From the NCBI GenBank assembly GCA_010093605.1, contig MU004189.1, forward strand, positions 1,433,834 to 1,497,833: a stretch of DNA of 64,000 nucleotides, written 5' to 3'. This document shows positions 62,513 through 64,000 of the stretch, one piece after another. A program made the translations under genes and the position numbers. The notes below the pieces were generated by a model that was not told the origin of the DNA, searched no databases, and saw nothing but the letters and a program-made list of their open reading frames with translations. Every line of letters begins with the position of its first letter. The first letter of the stretch is position 1. Origin of the DNA: Lophium mytilinum (Eukaryota).

Positions 62513-64000
62513 ATGGCCTCGCGACCGGAACTCAAAGTCGAAGACGAAGGCGGCTTCGTCAGGTTCTTCCGGAACCTACCCTCAGATGGCGGCGATACAA
62601 TCCGGATATTCGATCGAGGCGACTACTACACAGCTCACGGCGAGGATGCTACCTTTGTTGCTAGGACGGTACAGTACTCTCAATCTTTATCTTTGATAGG
62701 GCTTTTGGCTAATTGACCCAAGGTCTACCGCACCACCTCCGTCCTCCGCAAACTGGGCAAAGAACCAGGTCTCGAATCCGTCACCATGTCGATTACAGTG
62801 TTCCGTAACTTTCTCCGCGAAGCGTTGTTCCGCCTCAGCAAGCGCATTGAGATATGGGAGTCATCGGGCAAGATGAACTGGAAAGTCAAGAAACATGTAC
62901 GATTGATAGACGGCCCTTAGAGATGTGGAGCAATGCTGACCAGCGTGGATAGGCATCCCCAGGAAACCTCCAGGACATCGAAGAAGAGCTCGGCGGACAG
63001 CTCGAGAGCGCGCCCATAATACTAGCAGTGAAAGTCACAGCGAGGGCTTCTGAAGCCCGGAACGTTGGTGTCTGCTTCGCGGATGCCAGTGTGAGGGAGC
63101 TCGGGGTGAGCGAGTTCCTGGACAACGACCTCTACTCCAACTTCGAATCTCTCCTCATCCAGCTCGGGGTGAAGGAGTGTCTGATACAAGCGGATGGCAC
63201 GAAAAAGGATGTGGAGCTAAACAAGCTACGGACGATTGCAGACAACTGTGGATGCGCCGTTTCGGAGAGGGGGTTCGCGGATTTCGGCACAAAAGATATC
63301 GACCAAGATTTGGCCCGATTGCTGCGTGATGAGATGGCCGTTGGAAGCCTCGCGCAGACGGATCTCAAGCTAGCGATGGGTTCGGCGGCTGCGCTGATCA
63401 AGTATCTAGGCGTCATGTCGGATTCGTCGAATTTCGGGCAATATCAGTTGTACCAGCACGACTTGTCGCAATACATGAAGCTGGATGCGGCAGCGCTGAA
63501 AGCTTTGAATCTGATGCCTGGGCCAAGGGATGGCTCTAAGACTATGAGTCTGTATGGGTTGTTGAATCATTGCAAGACTCCTGTGGGCAGCCGTCTGCTA
63601 GCGCAATGGCTCAAGCAGCCCCTTATGAACGTGGAAGACATTGAACGAAGGCAGCAGCTGGTTGAGGCTTTTGTGGAGGATACGGAGCTACGACAGACCA
63701 TGCAAGAGGATCATCTGCGGTCTATCCCGGATCTTTACAGACTTGCGAAGAAGTTCCAGAGGAAAGTGGCAAACCTGGAGGATGTTGTTAGAGCATATCA
63801 GGTGGCTATCCGCCTCCCTGGATTTCTCGGAACCCTTGAAGGGATCATGGACGAGCAGTACAAAGACCCGCTAGAGGCTGAATACACTTCAAAACTACGA
63901 GTACGTCCAAAATATATCATCTCTTCCCTATGGAGTCCACTAACATCTCTAGGAATACTCGGACAGCCTAGCGAAACTTCAGGAGATGGTTGAGACTACC
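62513..64000 (+). CDS. MSH2: DNA mismatch repair protein Msh2 (5' part; runs off the window)
   Basis: MASRPELKV...IRIFDRGDYYTAHGEDA...ASPGNLQDIE...EFLDNDLYSNFESLLIQLG...MKLDAAALKALNL...LLNHCKTPVGSRLLAQWLKQPL. Confidence 0.97.

Overview
Gene-dense, intron-containing genomic DNA from a filamentous ascomycete (Pezizomycotina, probably Dothideomycetes; GT-AG introns with CTRAC branch points). Recognisable genes, in order: 3' part of an RGG/Q-rich gene (possibly NAF1), adenylate cyclase, NAB2 divergent from an SR splicing factor, a CYSTM protein, the clock gene frq, COQ9, a secreted two-domain protein, an intronless orphan with an apparent frameshift, a coiled-coil protein, INP1, a Ser/Pro-rich protein, an AVO2-like ankyrin protein, a TALE-homeobox/C2H2 factor, RPA135 divergent from ARL8, IST1, a FlbE-like protein, a CIR-N/LENG1-like protein, a dienelactone hydrolase, a Zn2Cys6 factor and the 5' part of MSH2. 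The most unusual non-coding signals are a 292-nt intron folded by a ~30-bp G-U-compatible stem (12-303), a tRNA-like Pol III unit whose anticodon arm is replaced by a long hairpin (38325-38415), a 204-bp TA-flanked MITE just downstream of frq, and repeated ATCG-N-CGAT motifs upstream of frq. All family assignments are from recall of sequence motifs; no searches were run.
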